The notes below the pieces were generated by a model. The model did not search any database. It saw only the letters and a program-made list of their open reading frames with translations, and was not told the origin of the DNA. DNA of 64,000 nt from Antedon mediterranea (taxonomy: Eukaryota > Animalia > Echinodermata), in assembly GCF_964355755.1 (NCBI RefSeq), contig NC_092670.1:23236795-23300794 (forward strand). The letters are read 5' to 3'. The position numbers and the translations under genes are program-made. This document shows positions 1 to 12,852 of this stretch, one piece after another (the stretch's first letter is position 1; each line of letters starts with the position of its first letter).

Positions 1-27
1 TTAATATATTAGTTAAAGTCTCTCTAT

Positions 28-433
28 TTAAAGATGTATTGTTCCACAGAAAAAATTATTATTATTTTTTTTTAATATGTCATTTTAATGTCACATAATA
101 GTGAATCCACTTTGACTAAAAATGAGATCAAACAAAAATTTATTTACCTGAAAAAACTGTAATTTAAAGCAAAAAATAGTCAAATTGGCTGCCAGCCAAT
201 GGATTTTTGGTGGTTGAATTTAATCATTTATTTTGTCATTTTATAAGGGAAAACATTATTTGTTTTCATTTTTTTTCCTACGGAAGTGATTTAGGCTTTT
301 GTTCACCTAACCTTTGAGCTCTCCGTAGATATCATGAAATACACTGTAGTGTGGTGCACAGAGTGGTACAGAGCTATAACCAACAAAAATAGGAACGTTT
401 CGTACATGCTTCTCCAAAAGGTAGAGGACATAA

Positions 434-435
<2 letters not shown>
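28..435. mobile_element. Non-autonomous DNA transposon fragment (TTAA-flanked, Kolobok/piggyBac-like end); same family as 63326-63620
   Basis: Starts ttaaagatgtattg. Bases ~28-260 are a diverged reverse complement of ~63410-63620, which ends catacatctttaa. The right boundary is approximate. Confidence 0.55.

Positions 436-439
<4 letters not shown>

Positions 440-483
<44 letters not shown>
440..483. repeat. (TA)n microsatellite
   Basis: About 20 consecutive TA units. Confidence 0.95.
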
Positions 484-486
<3 letters not shown>

Positions 487-768
487 CAAAATACCGAAAG
501 GAGGAGGGCAGAAAACCAAGGAACAAGTTCCTATTACCTAAAAAGTGTTGGCCCTAAATGCTATATTTCCAGGCATTTAAAGACCTGCGCGCGCATTAAT
601 GCCAATTTACACAAACGAGCGGTAAAACAGCGTAGCTTGCATTTACACGTAGAATCTGTATCTTTCTGAGCGGAAACCGTTTGTCCACTCCGCGATAACA
701 GATTATATATTACTCAACTGTGGACGGCGGCCTAGGCTATGATCAACGTTAAATATAGGCTTACTTAC

Positions 769-1308
769 GAGATGAAGATGAGATCTGGAATGGGACTAGG
801 ACATCTCCATCACTTAGATGTGGCCATCGTCTGAATGCGCTATCAATTATTTTTCTTTTAGCCAATTCTGGATTTTGTTTGTACTGTTCTAATTGATCAT
901 GCGTTAGTTTTATATCACTTTCAATGGTGCCTTCGGACTCTTCCTCTTCGGGTGGCTCGGCATGGTTGTGGTGCTTAGGTACCTGAAACATATAATTTTC
1001 TTGTAGAAAGTTATGGTCGATTTTAAACGAAATGCACTTGAAGGTGATAGGCCTACGCCATTGAAGGGCCGGGCACTATTTCACATACGTCCAACGTGTT
1101 GATTGATGCAACCGGACAAAACAATATCGCTACTCGGACGATCAAGGCAATTATAGTTTGAGCAATTATATGGGAATCAAGCATTAAGTCAGAGGAAGTC
1201 CGCCGTGGCCAGGATTGATTAAATGTATCTTACCTGTTTAGGTGGCCTAGCATCGCTAAAGTTGATAACAAACAGTGTTAGGAGCAGCAAACAGAATATC
1301 TTCGACAT
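769..1308 (-). CDS. Astacin-family (M12A) secreted metalloprotease, SpAN/BP10/tolloid-like; exons 1-2 only (1308-1234, 982-769), gene continues off the left edge
   Basis: Exon 1 encodes MSKIFCLLLLTLFVINFSDARPPKQ (signal peptide) followed by gtaag. Exon 2 follows tttcag and encodes VPKHHNH...EGTIESDIKL (resembles the astacin pro-peptide FEGDI motif), a KR processing site, then KIIDSAFRRWP...VPFQIS, typical of the start of a mature astacin domain, followed by gtaag. The HExxH catalytic exon is not in the window. Confidence 0.75.
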
Positions 1309-1360
1309 GTTGAACTCACGGTTGTGGATTTCTACACTGGTCTGGTATAGAGTATAGGGC

Positions 1361-1370
1361 TTTTATATAA
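1361..1370 (-). promoter_or_regulatory. TATA box of the astacin-like gene
   Basis: TTATATAAAA on the minus strand, about 55 bp upstream of the ATG at 1308. Confidence 0.55.
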
Positions 1371-3272
1371 GCAAACCTGCTTTACCAATCTCTCCTTCCA
1401 TATTGCCTTAGAAGTAAAGAAAATATGTTTTTTTTAATTATAACTTCTTAAAATCAATAAATTTAATATATACCGTAATAACGTTCGGTTATTAAAGAAT
1501 ATGTTAACTTTAGTTACTATTTGTTTGTTTGCTGTTAAAATCAATAATTTTTATATTATCAATAGGCCTATCCCACTAATATAGAAACCATATTTATTCT
1601 ATATAAATAGCTATTAATAATATGGTATTATTAATATAATTTTCTTTAATTTAATTTCATACAAGAAGCTTATGGTCAAGGCCCGTTCTTACGAAGATTT
1701 TTAATTATTATTATTATTATAGACTTTAAACGTGTAGGCCTATACTATTGTAATTCGTGATCAATATTACTTGCGTTGCGTGCAAACCAATGCATATTTT
1801 CGTTATTAACTATATATTGTGTGTAATTATATTATAATACTAGAAAAGATGTCCCAGAGCCGATTTTTAAAGTTAACTTCGGTATAGTTGGTAAAATTAT
1901 GGAGAGAATTATCAGGAAGGAATTATTGGACTTTCTTGAACATCTCACTTGTACTTGATGTAGGCCTACTTGAAAACTGGTTTTCTTATTTTGATAATCA
2001 GAATTGTTTTGATTGTATCTACCTTGACTACAAGAAGGCTTTCGGTGGTGTGCTTCATCATAGACTCCTTCTGAAAATTAGTGCATTGGGTATGACGTCA
2101 ACTTCTAAAGTGGTTTCAAGAATTTCTTAACGATAGACAACAACGGGTTAGTGTCAACGGATGTGTTTCAGATTGGGCTGATGTTCGTAGTGGTATCCCT
2201 CAAGGAAGCGTTGTTGGACCTTCTTTTAATTATGTTTATTAATGATTTACCTAGCTATTATTCGTCCTACCCTGGAATACTGCAACTTTGCTTTTAACTC
2301 ACTTCATTGTAAGAGGAAGATATTGGGCAAAGTCCAAGTACGTTCGTGCCACCAAGCTTATTTTTTGCCATTCGTCATTTACATTATTCAGGCTGAAAAT
2401 TCTCAACTATAACATACTTTCGCATACAGAAGGCGAGCTCTGATACAGATTTTTTAAATTTTACTGGAGTGGATATATAGTATTTCAGCTCTTTTTTGAG
2501 CTTGATGAAGATGTCACGTGGTCATTTTTTAAAAATTAGAATTTAACTTCTTACGCAGAAATTGGATGAAGGACTCGTTTGGTCGAAAAGCTATATACTA
2601 TGGAATTCGTTATTGGAGGATGTAGTATCTTCAAGATCAACCAATCAATTTAAGACAGGTCTTGAACGGACATGGTCCAACCACCCTCCAAAATTTGCGC
2701 CATATTCAAGAGTTGATGTAATTTTCAAGAGGGGCTTATTATAGGCATAGCCTAGCCTCGACTCCGGACACAGCAATGCTGAGCTCCGGAAACAAGTAAA
2801 CAGATTGCATTCACCCAACTCGCCTAAACCCCCACGCCGCCATTCCACGGTTTCAAGTTTAAAACCTCTTTGTATAAGCAAACCTGCTCTAGCAATCTCT
2901 CCTTCCATATTGCCAAAGAAGTAAAGAAAATATGTTTTTTAAATCAATACATTTAATATATAATTATAAGAATATGCTAACTTTAATTACTATATAATTT
3001 GTTTGCTATTAAAATCAATATTTAAAATTCAATTTAATACAAAAAAGCTTATGGTCAAGACCCGTTCTTACCGAAGATTATTATAGACTTTAAACGTGTA
3101 GGCCTACTTTGTAATTCGTGATCAATTTTACTTGCGTTGCGTGCAAACCATTGCATATTTTTGTTATTAGTGTGTGTGTGTTATTATTTTATAATACTAG
3201 AAAAGATACCTGTCCCAGAGTGCATTCACCCAATTCGCCTAAATCCCCTACGCCGCCATTCCACGGTTTTAA
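1365..3272. repeat. Tandem duplication of the astacin upstream region (1365-1860 ~ 2873-3220; 2806-2856 ~ 3221-3272)
   Basis: Shared blocks tataagcaaacctgc...tctctccttccatattgcc...agcttatggtcaag...gtcccagag and tgcattcacccaa.tcgcctaaa...ccattccacggttt occur twice. Confidence 0.9.
1861..2805 (+). mobile_element. Decayed CR1/L2-clade LINE (reverse transcriptase and C-terminal fragments)
   Basis: Frameshifted peptides DCIYLDYKKAF..V.HHRLLLKI, FLNDRQQRVSVNGCVSDWADVRSGIPQGSVVGP, FINDL, IRPTLEYC and WNSLLEDVVSSRSTNQFKTGLERTW match CR1-type ORF2 motifs. There are internal deletions. Confidence 0.9.
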
Positions 3273-3369
3273 TTCCACAATTCATGTTATACCGCATAAC
3301 CCCCATCCCCCTCCCCGAAGGCGGTTCAAAATTAATTTAAAACTAACTAATCATACCTTTTATTAATGG

Positions 3370-3470
3370 TTTAATGGTTTTGAATTTATATAGCGCAAAA
3401 TACAAATAGTCTCTATGCGCTGTTCTGCACAAGTGTGAAAATGAAAATGTTGATGTAAAATAAACCACGA
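3370..3470 (-). mobile_element. 3' tail fragment of an L2-type LINE/SINE; another copy at ~56565-56670 (+)
   Basis: Near-identical reverse-complement pair ending in the gcgctatataaat tail motif. Confidence 0.6.
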
Positions 3471-3945
3471 AATATTATTATATATTATATTATTATAAGG
3501 CCATGCTTAGACGACATTTTGGAAGTGGTATACATTATCTAAATGCATTGTGACTTTATAATATTACACAAATTTACAAATCGGTATAATAACATTGATT
3601 GCACACTCTTGAATAGTTAAAATGGAAAGAAATATATTTTATTGCACTCACGAGCTAAATTTTATTTTCCAAGGGCACTGACTATGCTTGTGTTAGAAAT
3701 TGGCTCGTAGGCAGTACCAATCCTCTCCAGTAGCGGATCGCGATTTTTTTTCCGTACGATAGTTCCTCCATCGGTTCGTTTCGGCATCAATCGGCTCGAT
3801 CAATCGGTAAGCCACCGATGCGTGACAACGTACAAACCACGAGCTAACTTCACACAAAAATATATTCTAAATTAAGCATATGCCTAGATAGGAAAAATTG
3901 CCTAAAGTTAGAAATCAAACTAGTATAACAAGTAAACTGAAATTG

Positions 3946-4438
3946 AAACTATTTATTATTACTGTGCGCGAGCGCAACCAAATGGGTACAGTAGCGCACA
4001 GTGCTAATCTAAACTAAATCCTATTTATTGTCACTATGCGCGAGTGCAACCAAAAAACTAAACTAAACTTTTAATCGCGCACAGTGACAATAAATAGGAT
4101 TTAGTTTAGCACCATAGGCCACCATACCCATTTTGGTTGCACTCACGCATAGTGCTAAGAAATAGGATTTAGTTCAGCACTGCGCTACTATACCCATTTT
4201 TGTTGCACTCAGATCACACACAGTGATAATAAATAGGAGTAGTTTAAACTAAATCCTTTTTTCCTATCACTGTGCTAAAGTGCAACAAAATGGGTATTGT
4301 AGCGCACAGTGCTACACTAAATCCGTTTTATTATCACTGTGCGCTAGTGCAACCAAAATGGATATAGTAGCGCACAGTGCTAAACTAAATCCTATTTATT
4401 ATGACTGTGCGCGAGTGCAACAACCAAAATGGGTATGG
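3946..4438. repeat. ~60-65-bp tandem repeat with an internally inverted block (forward / reverse 4077-4245 / forward)
   Basis: Unit approximately aaactaaatcctatttattatcactgtgcgcgagtgcaaccaaaatgggtatagtagcgcacagtgct; the central copies are reverse-complemented. Confidence 0.85.
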
Positions 4439-4493
4439 TTAAGATCTTTGGTATAGTTCTTTATTAAAAGAGGGCGGTATCGTCAGGTATCAC

Positions 4494-4776
4494 TTTTGTA
4501 GTCGTTTTTGGTAACTTGAGAGATATCAGTTGTGTCGTCCTCGTACATATTTTAGTATGTTTATTAACATTTAGCTATGTAATATTGGTGTTTTTATCCA
4601 ATGATAATTTGAGATTAATATTAGATGATCGATAAGGCAGATAATAAAATTGTAATTTATCTTGGAGAAAGAACTCAGTTGTTAAAAATTAATGAAAAGA
4701 CATTCATGCAGCCTAGAAACAAATCATGTACGAGGACGACACACACTCAGTTATAAATAACAAAAACGACTACAAA
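4494..4776. mobile_element. MITE-like element with ~50-bp imperfect terminal inverted repeats
   Basis: ttttgtagtcgtttttg...gtgtcgtcctcgtacat pairs with atgtacgaggacgacac...caaaaacgactacaaaa. Confidence 0.65.
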
Positions 4777-5002
4777 ATATATCTCGCATCGTAACAACAA
4801 CGTTTTTTAGTGCGGCTTGTTCAGTTTTTTTAGCAAGAAAACCAAACTTCATATTACATTTAACTTTCTGGTAATTGTTATTTTGGGATTTCCGTTATTT
4901 TGTTATGGATCTTGTTATATATTAAACCGGCAGTAGGCCAAGGACCTAGCTAAGGCCCTAGGCTAGGCCTGCTAGCTAGAGCCTAGCAAGCAGAAGAAGA
5001 AG

Positions 5003-7264
5003 GGTTTACGATGAAATCGGTCGCGTTTGAAATCGGTCGCGTTTGAAATCGGTCGCGATAAAATCCACTTCCGGTATTTTGTATGGCGCGCCGCTAGAGC
5101 TATACTTTTGATGATATCGGTCGCGTTTGAAATCGGTCGCGCTATTTTGTATGGATCGAGCGGGATACATGCTAGAGCGGGATATACATGTTTCGTTTAT
5201 ATAGATTTAATTGATATTTTTTAGGAACTAGATTATTTATGTGGATATTTTTTACTTGGTTAATAAATATTTATTATCAATCATTAAATTCTTTTTTTTT
5301 TTTGTATTTCACAGGTCTCGGAGAAGGACTGTGTCTTTTCAAAATGGCCATTTCTAAAACACGTTTAAATATTATATTAGGCATAATGTTATATTAGGCA
5401 TATAATAATTTACCTCTATTTATACGTACTGTAATTAATATATTATTATATAGAGAATATACGTATGTCGTGTCTTTTATTATGCAAACAATTACGTAAA
5501 AAAGAGAACAATTTATTTAAAAACAATAATTTTTACAATATAGCCCGTAAAGCCAGCGTATCCATTTTTATACTTATGCATACTGTGGCAGATTATATCA
5601 TATCCATGTCGTTAACAACATTCTATTCGATCACCTTATTTTTATTTCTATTTTATTTCTATCCGTTATGTAGGATAATATTAAGTGTATAATGATTATA
5701 GGTCTTTTGTTATTTAAACTTTGACCCTTGGCTTGTGTTATTTAATTGTTGTTTTTTTTAAATTGTATTCATTGGACTTGATAATGACTCCATGATGGAG
5801 TCGAAACATCGTTCTTTTTTTAAGCGTTATTTTTCTATTATGTATTTATAATGATTATTGTTGAGGCAAATCACGTGTATATTTTTATTTCTAATGTTTA
5901 AAATATTTTTTGTAAAATGATCATTATATGCGGATGGTTAATAGGCGAGTTACTGAAATAAACCCCCGAATAAGCCATATTGTGGAGATGCGCCTTCTAT
6001 GATCGTGCAGCTGTTTCCCCTAACAATACGTTATTTTGCTGACGGGGTTTCCCCTTTTTAAAAAACACGCACTTGTTAGTGTTAAATCATGGACAAAACA
6101 CGTACGATCGTTGTTGTCCATGGCGAGGTAAAGATGACGTCTATTACTAATAACCATACGTTTGAAACGTCTATAGGCCATAGACCTCCTGCATGTGTTT
6201 TTGTGAAACGATCCAATGAGATATAGATGCTCGACGCGATTATGAGATCATGTTCATTCATTCTTTATTGCCTTTAAAATCGAAATGCATCTAAAACATA
6301 GGTAACAAAATCAAGACACGTGGAAATCTAAGGAGGCAAGGATAAGCAAAAGCAATTAAAATAGCTGTAGCTCACAGGCTTGCTTATCCATAATAATTCC
6401 GAATAAAGCACTGTTTCTATAATTTGACAGTATGATTTATATATAATTTACGTATATACGTCGGCGATAGGCCTAACTATAGATTTTAATTTGAATATCT
6501 TTTATTTCTTCATTTATAATAATCATTTAATGTAAATAATTAAGTAAGTGCAGTGCAGTGTCTCACATTCACACGCCGTTCGTAAATCTAAATGTTTAAA
6601 TATCAATGCAGATAACCTCTTTGAGAATCGTGTCCACCTTTATTATCCATACATTATTATTATCACATCTATCACTGTACGTCATAGTCATACTGTAGGC
6701 CGGTAGATCGATTTATAACGGCATGTTATCTATATATTTTATTAATATCATAAAACCATACGTAATTGTTTGCATAATAAAAGACACAACATACGTATAT
6801 TTTCTATATAATATATTAATACAGTACATATAAATAGAGGAATTATTATATGCCTAATATAACATTATGCCTAATATAATATTTAAACGTGTTTAGAAAT
6901 GGCCATTTTGAAAAGACAGTCCTTTTCCGAGACCTGTGAAATACAAAAAAAAATAATAATTTAATGATTGATAATAAATACTTATTAACCAAGTAAAAAT
7001 TATCCACATAAATAATCTAGTTCCTAAAAAATATCCATTAAATCTATATAAACGAAAAATGAATATCCCGCTCTAGCATGCATCCTGCTCGATCCATACA
7101 AAATAGCGCGACCGATTTCAAACGCGACCGATTTCAAATGCGACCGATATCATCAACAAAAGTATAGCTCTAGCGGCGCGCCATACAAAATACCGGAAGT
7201 TGATTTTATCGCGACTGATTTCAAACGCGACCGATTTCAAGCGCGACCGATTTCATCTGACACC
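5003..7264. mobile_element. Non-autonomous foldback / Mutator-like DNA transposon, ~500-bp TIRs, 8-bp TSD
   Basis: 5003-5498 is an inverted repeat of 6759-7264. The termini carry tandem gaaatcggtcgcgttt sub-repeats and read GG...CC. AGAAGAAG flanks both sides (4995-5002, 7265-7272). No transposase ORF in the ~1.26-kb interior. Confidence 0.85.
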
Positions 7265-7939
7265 AGAAGAAGCCACTCGCCGGCCGACGGGTCTCGCTAG
7301 GCGCGCCTACGCTACGTTGGGCTAGGCCTAGGCTAATAGTAGGGCCATTAGTATTTGTTCATCGATGACACTTTACACTAAAATCGGAAATTTTCGTCGT
7401 ATGTTTCAGTTATAATTAATGGTTTAATTTCATACAATGAGTAAAGATTATTACAATGAATGAGTAAAAAAAAAGATTATTAAGCCTAGCTAGTAGGCCT
7501 AGAAAGAAATACTCACTCACTCAGGTTGTGTTTATTTGGAAATAAATGATATCGATATTTAATAACACGATTAGCTTGCCAAAACGTGCTGCAAAATTAG
7601 GTGACCTAGCCTTGCCTGATACAGACCACGCGAATCTAATTTGGCAATTTCATTTAATTTGGCATTACTAACAGTAATACAGGCCTAGCTAATTGTTTAA
7701 TTAACATGGTGTCCCGAAAAAAAAAAAAATTTTTGTGTTTTTATGCTCGGCTGGTCACGAATTATGTTGTGTTCCAACAAATTGCGCAGCGCAATGTGTG
7801 CGCAAATTGAATATAACACGTACAATAAAATAACTAATTTTACATGTCTAAAACACGAAAACTAAAATAGTAGATCTATCCGTATCGATGATTAAACAAA
7901 TTTTTTATAGATTGAGTAAAGAAAAGTCAAGCTTCAAAG

Positions 7940-10900
7940 ATGTCGTTGGCCGATGAGTTGCTGGCGGATCTGGAGGAGATGGCCGAGCAGGGCGACATTG
8001 CAGAATTTAACGACGAACAGGACAATGAACTCGATACCATTGAGGATGTGGCCATGGATATTGATGTCAAGTTTGATTCTGTTAAAAACATTGCCAAATT
8101 ACGAGATGGTGAACAGCTACGCAGTATTATGGCAAGAATAAAATGTTATCAGGAAAGTTCACAGAGAAGGGAAGCACTGGGTGCAGTTGAAGCAGACCCT
8201 GTGTATCAGCTAATTGTAGAGGCTAATAATATCAGTGTTGAAATTGATAATGAAATAAGTAAGTTTTGATGTTACATGTAGAGAAAATCCAATTCTCCCA
8301 TGTTGCAGTTATTCCATTATTAATGCCCTTAACTCTCCCAAACAAATGTCTTTTTCTGATTGCAGTTGACAGTAGTATACTGTAGGAGACTTTCAATGAT
8401 CATTGGAACATTCAGACAATTTCAGGAGATAAAGTTTCAACTGAAAAACTCTTAAATTATCCATAGTTTTCCTGTATTTCATATTATATTAGCTGGATAT
8501 GAATATTCATGACACAATTTTGGGGAAAGTTTATGGCATTCAAGAAGTTTGCTTTGGGAAAGTACCATGTCATGTTACTTAATTGCTTACTGGTGAATTT
8601 AATAAAGCATGGTTCCCACTAGCGAAGAAAATACCCTTCCAATAATTGTGTTTGCCCCCGCCTGTGTAAAATTAAATCTTAGTTGCACGTGGTCAATACT
8701 GTCTAAATAGATTTTCGAATAGTAGAATTATACAATCAACAAGTTGTAACTTGTTGTTTTGTATCAGAGCTGTTAACGCTAATATGTTTTCTTATATTTC
8801 ACCATCAGGTATTATTCATAAGTTTGTCCGAGACCATTATCAGGAGAGGTTTCCAGAGTTAGAATCCCTTGTACCAACACCTCTGGAGTACATGAAAACA
8901 GTTATGGTGAGTAGTGAGAATACTACTAAAGGTATTACTGTATTAAACTAAAATGCCTCAAAAGCTTTGTCTACCATATAAAACTTTATGTGACAAAAAA
9001 ATGTGATGTGCCCAAGTATGGAAGTAATATGCACAAATATGGTAGTGGTATGACATCATCATGTCCATATATGGGCACATCACATTTGTCACATAAATGT
9101 TAATAGTGTAGACATAGCTTTAAGCCTTGTCTACACTATCAAACTTTATGTGACAAAAAAAATGTGATGTGCCCATATGGACATGATGATGTCATACCAC
9201 TACCATATTTATTTAAGTTAGTTTGTTAGTTTAATGGTGTAGACAGAGCTTTACATTTGAATTCCTTGACCATTGTGTCATATCGATCTCTCATGCAATA
9301 ACATTATTTAATAAACTTGTTTTTATGATCAGGTTCTGGGAAACAATTTGGAGAAAGCAAAGAACAATGAGGAACTACAAGAAATTTTAACAAGTGCTGT
9401 CATTATGGTAGTTAGTGTGTCTGCCTCAACAACACAGGGTTCTGAGTTGTCACAAGAGAGCCTTGGTACAGTTATGGAGGCCTGTCAAATGGTAAGGGAC
9501 TAGAATATGTGCTACTACCATATAACCCTTTTAAAGGGACATCTTTGGGACCAAACATAGTGTTTCTTAATACTATGAGTGTTCCCTGAAAACTTCCTTG
9601 TGTCATGGGATTATGTCCCCTTAATAGAGGTCTCTAAAAGGATAATAGGGAGGTTTCGCAACCTTATGAATACGATAACGAAAACGGATACGTCACACAT
9701 TTGTGAAACTTTTGAGCTGATCCCTATTTCATATTCATAAAGCGTATTCGTGTTGATGAATATCACCAGTCATATTCGTAACTACAAAACGAGTATAGTT
9801 TTTGAGCTATTTTGCACATTTTGCATTTCAATCAGGAATGATTCATGATTATAAAATAATTATACTTTTATTGAAAGTAATTTACTAAAGTAATTTACTA
9901 AAATGCCAGGTCAATTTTGATAAATAGCAGTTTTTAAAGTCCTCACTCGCTTTGATGTTACGCTAGGCCTAGGCAGCCAAGCACCAAGCAACACGTACCC
10001 GCGCTTCGCTCAAATTTACCACAGTCATATTTTGGACGGGGCCCTCAATATTTCGTTGCCATGCGAAACAGATTTTTACTGGCTTACGAATACGTGTGCG
10101 TGACGTATTCGTTTTCGTTACCGTATTCGTAAGATTGCGAAACCTCCCTATTATGATTACATACAGTTATAGAAACTCAATTCAACATTCATAAATGTTT
10201 CAGTTATACTTTATTTTTGGAGATCAAGACAGACATATTGTTGCCATTGTATAGTTGCATAGACAATACAAAATGGAAGATAATTATTTGTTCATTATTA
10301 TAACTTGTACTTTAATTCTTTTCAGGCCTTTGATTTAAATGAATCAAAATCGCAAATTTTAACTTATGTAGAATCTCAGATGTCTTTTATAGCTCCTAAT
10401 TTATCAATAATTGTTGGTGCGTCTACGGCAGCTAAAATCATGGGTATGTTGGCTTAACAGTAGAAATAGATGTTTACTATACAAAGTGAATTAATGTTAC
10501 CTCTGGTTACCACCTAATTTAGGCTGAACCTCTGGGTACTAATTTTCAGATATGATTTTATTGTGTCCCGTTAAAAGTGGTGTCTCTATGTTCATTTAAA
10601 CAGGAAAGTGTCTCCTTAATAGGGGTGCCCCAAATGAGTGGTTGTACTGTATAAACAATATTTTTAAATGTTTACATATAATTTATGTACAGGAGCCGCT
10701 GGTGGATTAACAAACCTATCTAAGATGCCGTCATGCAACATACTATTACTAGGAGCACAAAAGAAAACACTATCGGGCTTCTCATCCACAACATTACTAC
10801 CACACACAGGTTTCATATACTACAGTGAATTATGTCAAGCTATGCAACCAGTAAGTTTAAATTGTTGTATACTATTTCACAGTGTATCTTGCCATTTTGT

Positions 10901-12852
10901 TGGTTGGTTTCGTATCATATGATGTCTCTGGTCACTGCTGACTACCGTGGGTTAAATCCATATTTCCTCTGTTTCAAGTTGTTATGCTTGAGGACGATAA
11001 ATACTTTGCTTTTTCCTTTCCTATTATCGCCCATCCTCATGATTGCGGGGTACTATATTGCATGCTCAACCTTTTGTAAATATTTGGAGAATTTTGTGCA
11101 ACTCAGTGCTGGTGACATTAAAGATAATCGACCTGTAGTGTCACTGTCTACTCTGTGGCCTAAATCTGAGCACTTTAACTGCAAACTTTTAAGTCATTTT
11201 ATTACAATTTTTATATCTTTATAGTAGTTTTTTATTTAAATTTAATTTCTATGATATGTATTTCTGTACTGTATGTATTGTCGAGGGCCCCAATGATCAG
11301 CTTTGCTGGATAGACTACCCTAAAGCCTGTTTTCCTGTCGACGTTATTCGACGCTATCATCGTTGATCGTTAACAGTTCAACGACGATCGTTTGAAAACG
11401 ATCAAGTTGAAATGATAACGATAGCGAGTACCTTTTCTGTAAATCGTTAACATTTCAATGTTTACGTAGAAGATTGCCGATTATTGTTAACGATAGCATC
11501 GAATAACGTCGACAGAAAAACAGGCTTTATGAAACATGGTTAAACAAAAATTTTTAATCGGTTTTAATGGTAAATTTTGTAAGTTAAGTATCTAATATAT
11601 TGTCTTTGAAATTGTTTTTGTTTTTAGGATTTACGAAAAAAGGCAGCCAGATTAATTGCAGGGAAAGTTACCTTAGCGGCACGAGTGGACAGCTTTCACG
11701 AGAGTCCCACTGGAGACATCGGGACAAAATTTAAAGAAGAAATAGACGGAAAATTTGAGAAGTTAACCGAACCACCGCCAGTTAAAAAAACCAAAGCATT
11801 ACCAGCACCGATAGATGGAGGAAGGAAAAAGAGAGGAGGTCGAAGGTCAGGATATTTTTTGATACCGTATTTATTCCATTCCTGCTAAGGTCATATTCAC
11901 ACAATAGCCAAAATTGATAATTAGGTCATAAAACTGGCTTTTATTGAGTATTAATTTGCGCTTTTTTTAGGTACCGTAAAATGAAAGAAAGGCTTGGCAT
12001 GACTGAGTTCCGTAAGGCCGCAAATCGCATGACCTTCGGTGAGATTGAAGATGATGCCTACCAGGAGGATCTTGGATTCTCACTGGGACAGGTTAAAAAA
12101 ACAGGAACAGGTAGAATAAGAGGGCCTCAAGTAGACAACAAAACACAAGTAAAGATATCAAAGAGTTTACAGGTAAAAAATACCCTCAATATTTGTTTTA
12201 TTATGTATGTTCAGATACATGGAGTTATACTTTCGTATCGAAAGCAATGTCATATAATTAGCATCAACATACCCTAAGATTTTAAATCTCTTCTTTTAGC
12301 GCCAGTTACAAAAACAACAGATGCATGGTGGAAGGTCAACTGTCAAAGGTCGAGAAACATCTGGTACAGCTTCCAGTGTTGCTTTTACCCCTTTACAAGT
12401 AAGTAAAATTACTATATTATATACTTTTATAGAGGATGTGACGCTTACTAATAAGTAGGTGTCAATTTCATCTAGACAACAAAAGTGTATCAATTTCAGT
12501 TAAAAATACATTCACATACAACTCCTCCTTCAGGGACCCCTATTATGGGAACACTTTACTGTGAAACAAAAATGAGGTGAAATATATGCTATTACCTATT
12601 CAGATGACACACCTATTATGGGGAAACATTGTTGGATACCAAAGGTGTCCCTTTAATAGGGATTTACTGTAAATATATAAAGATACTTTAAAAATTCCCA
12701 TCGGAAAAAATTGTATTATTTTTTTTGTCATTTATTTTAAGGGTCTTGAGATTTTTAATCCGAATGCAGCGGAAAAGAAAGTGGCAGAAGCAAATGCTAA
12801 GTACTTCTCGGCCACAACAGGTTTCCAGAAAGTAAAAAATGAAGCTAGATGA
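7940..12852 (+). CDS. PRPF31: U4/U6 snRNP protein Prp31 (pre-mRNA processing factor 31); exons 7940-8258, 8809-8906, 9333-9491, 10326-10443, 10693-10850, 11628-11845, 11971-12172, 12300-12398, 12742-12852
   Basis: MSLADELLADLEE start; IHKFVRDHYQERFPELESLV (NOSIC); MSFIAPNLSIIVGASTAAKIMG and AGGLTNLSKMPSCNILLLG (Nop domain); RKKRGGRRYRKMKERLGMTEFRKAANRMTFGEIEDDAYQEDLG; SGTASSVAFTPLQGLEI. All introns are GT-AG and phase-consistent; TGA at 12850-12852. Confidence 0.97.
8962..9251. mobile_element. Two adjacent copies of MITE family A (TIR aagct.tgtctacactatcaaactttatgtgac)
   Basis: Palindromic units at 8962-9120 and 9122-9251. Further copies at 36957-37119 and 47752-47875, partial copies at ~41656 and ~62434-62520. 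Confidence 0.85.
9648..10148. mobile_element. ~500-bp MITE with ~50-bp TIRs and TA flanks
   Basis: ta|gggaggtttcgcaaccttatgaatacg...acgtcac pairs with gtgacgt...cgtattcgtaagattgcgaaacctccc|ta. Confidence 0.85.
11322..11528. mobile_element. Palindromic MITE family B, copy 1 (PRPF31 intron 5)
   Basis: aaagcctgttttcctgtcgacgttattcga...tcgaataacgtcgacagaaaaacaggcttt; near-identical copy at 13500-13701. Confidence 0.85.

Noticed and set aside
307-519. 70-aa ORF with YIYIYI run
   Set aside because: Translation of the (TA)n microsatellite.
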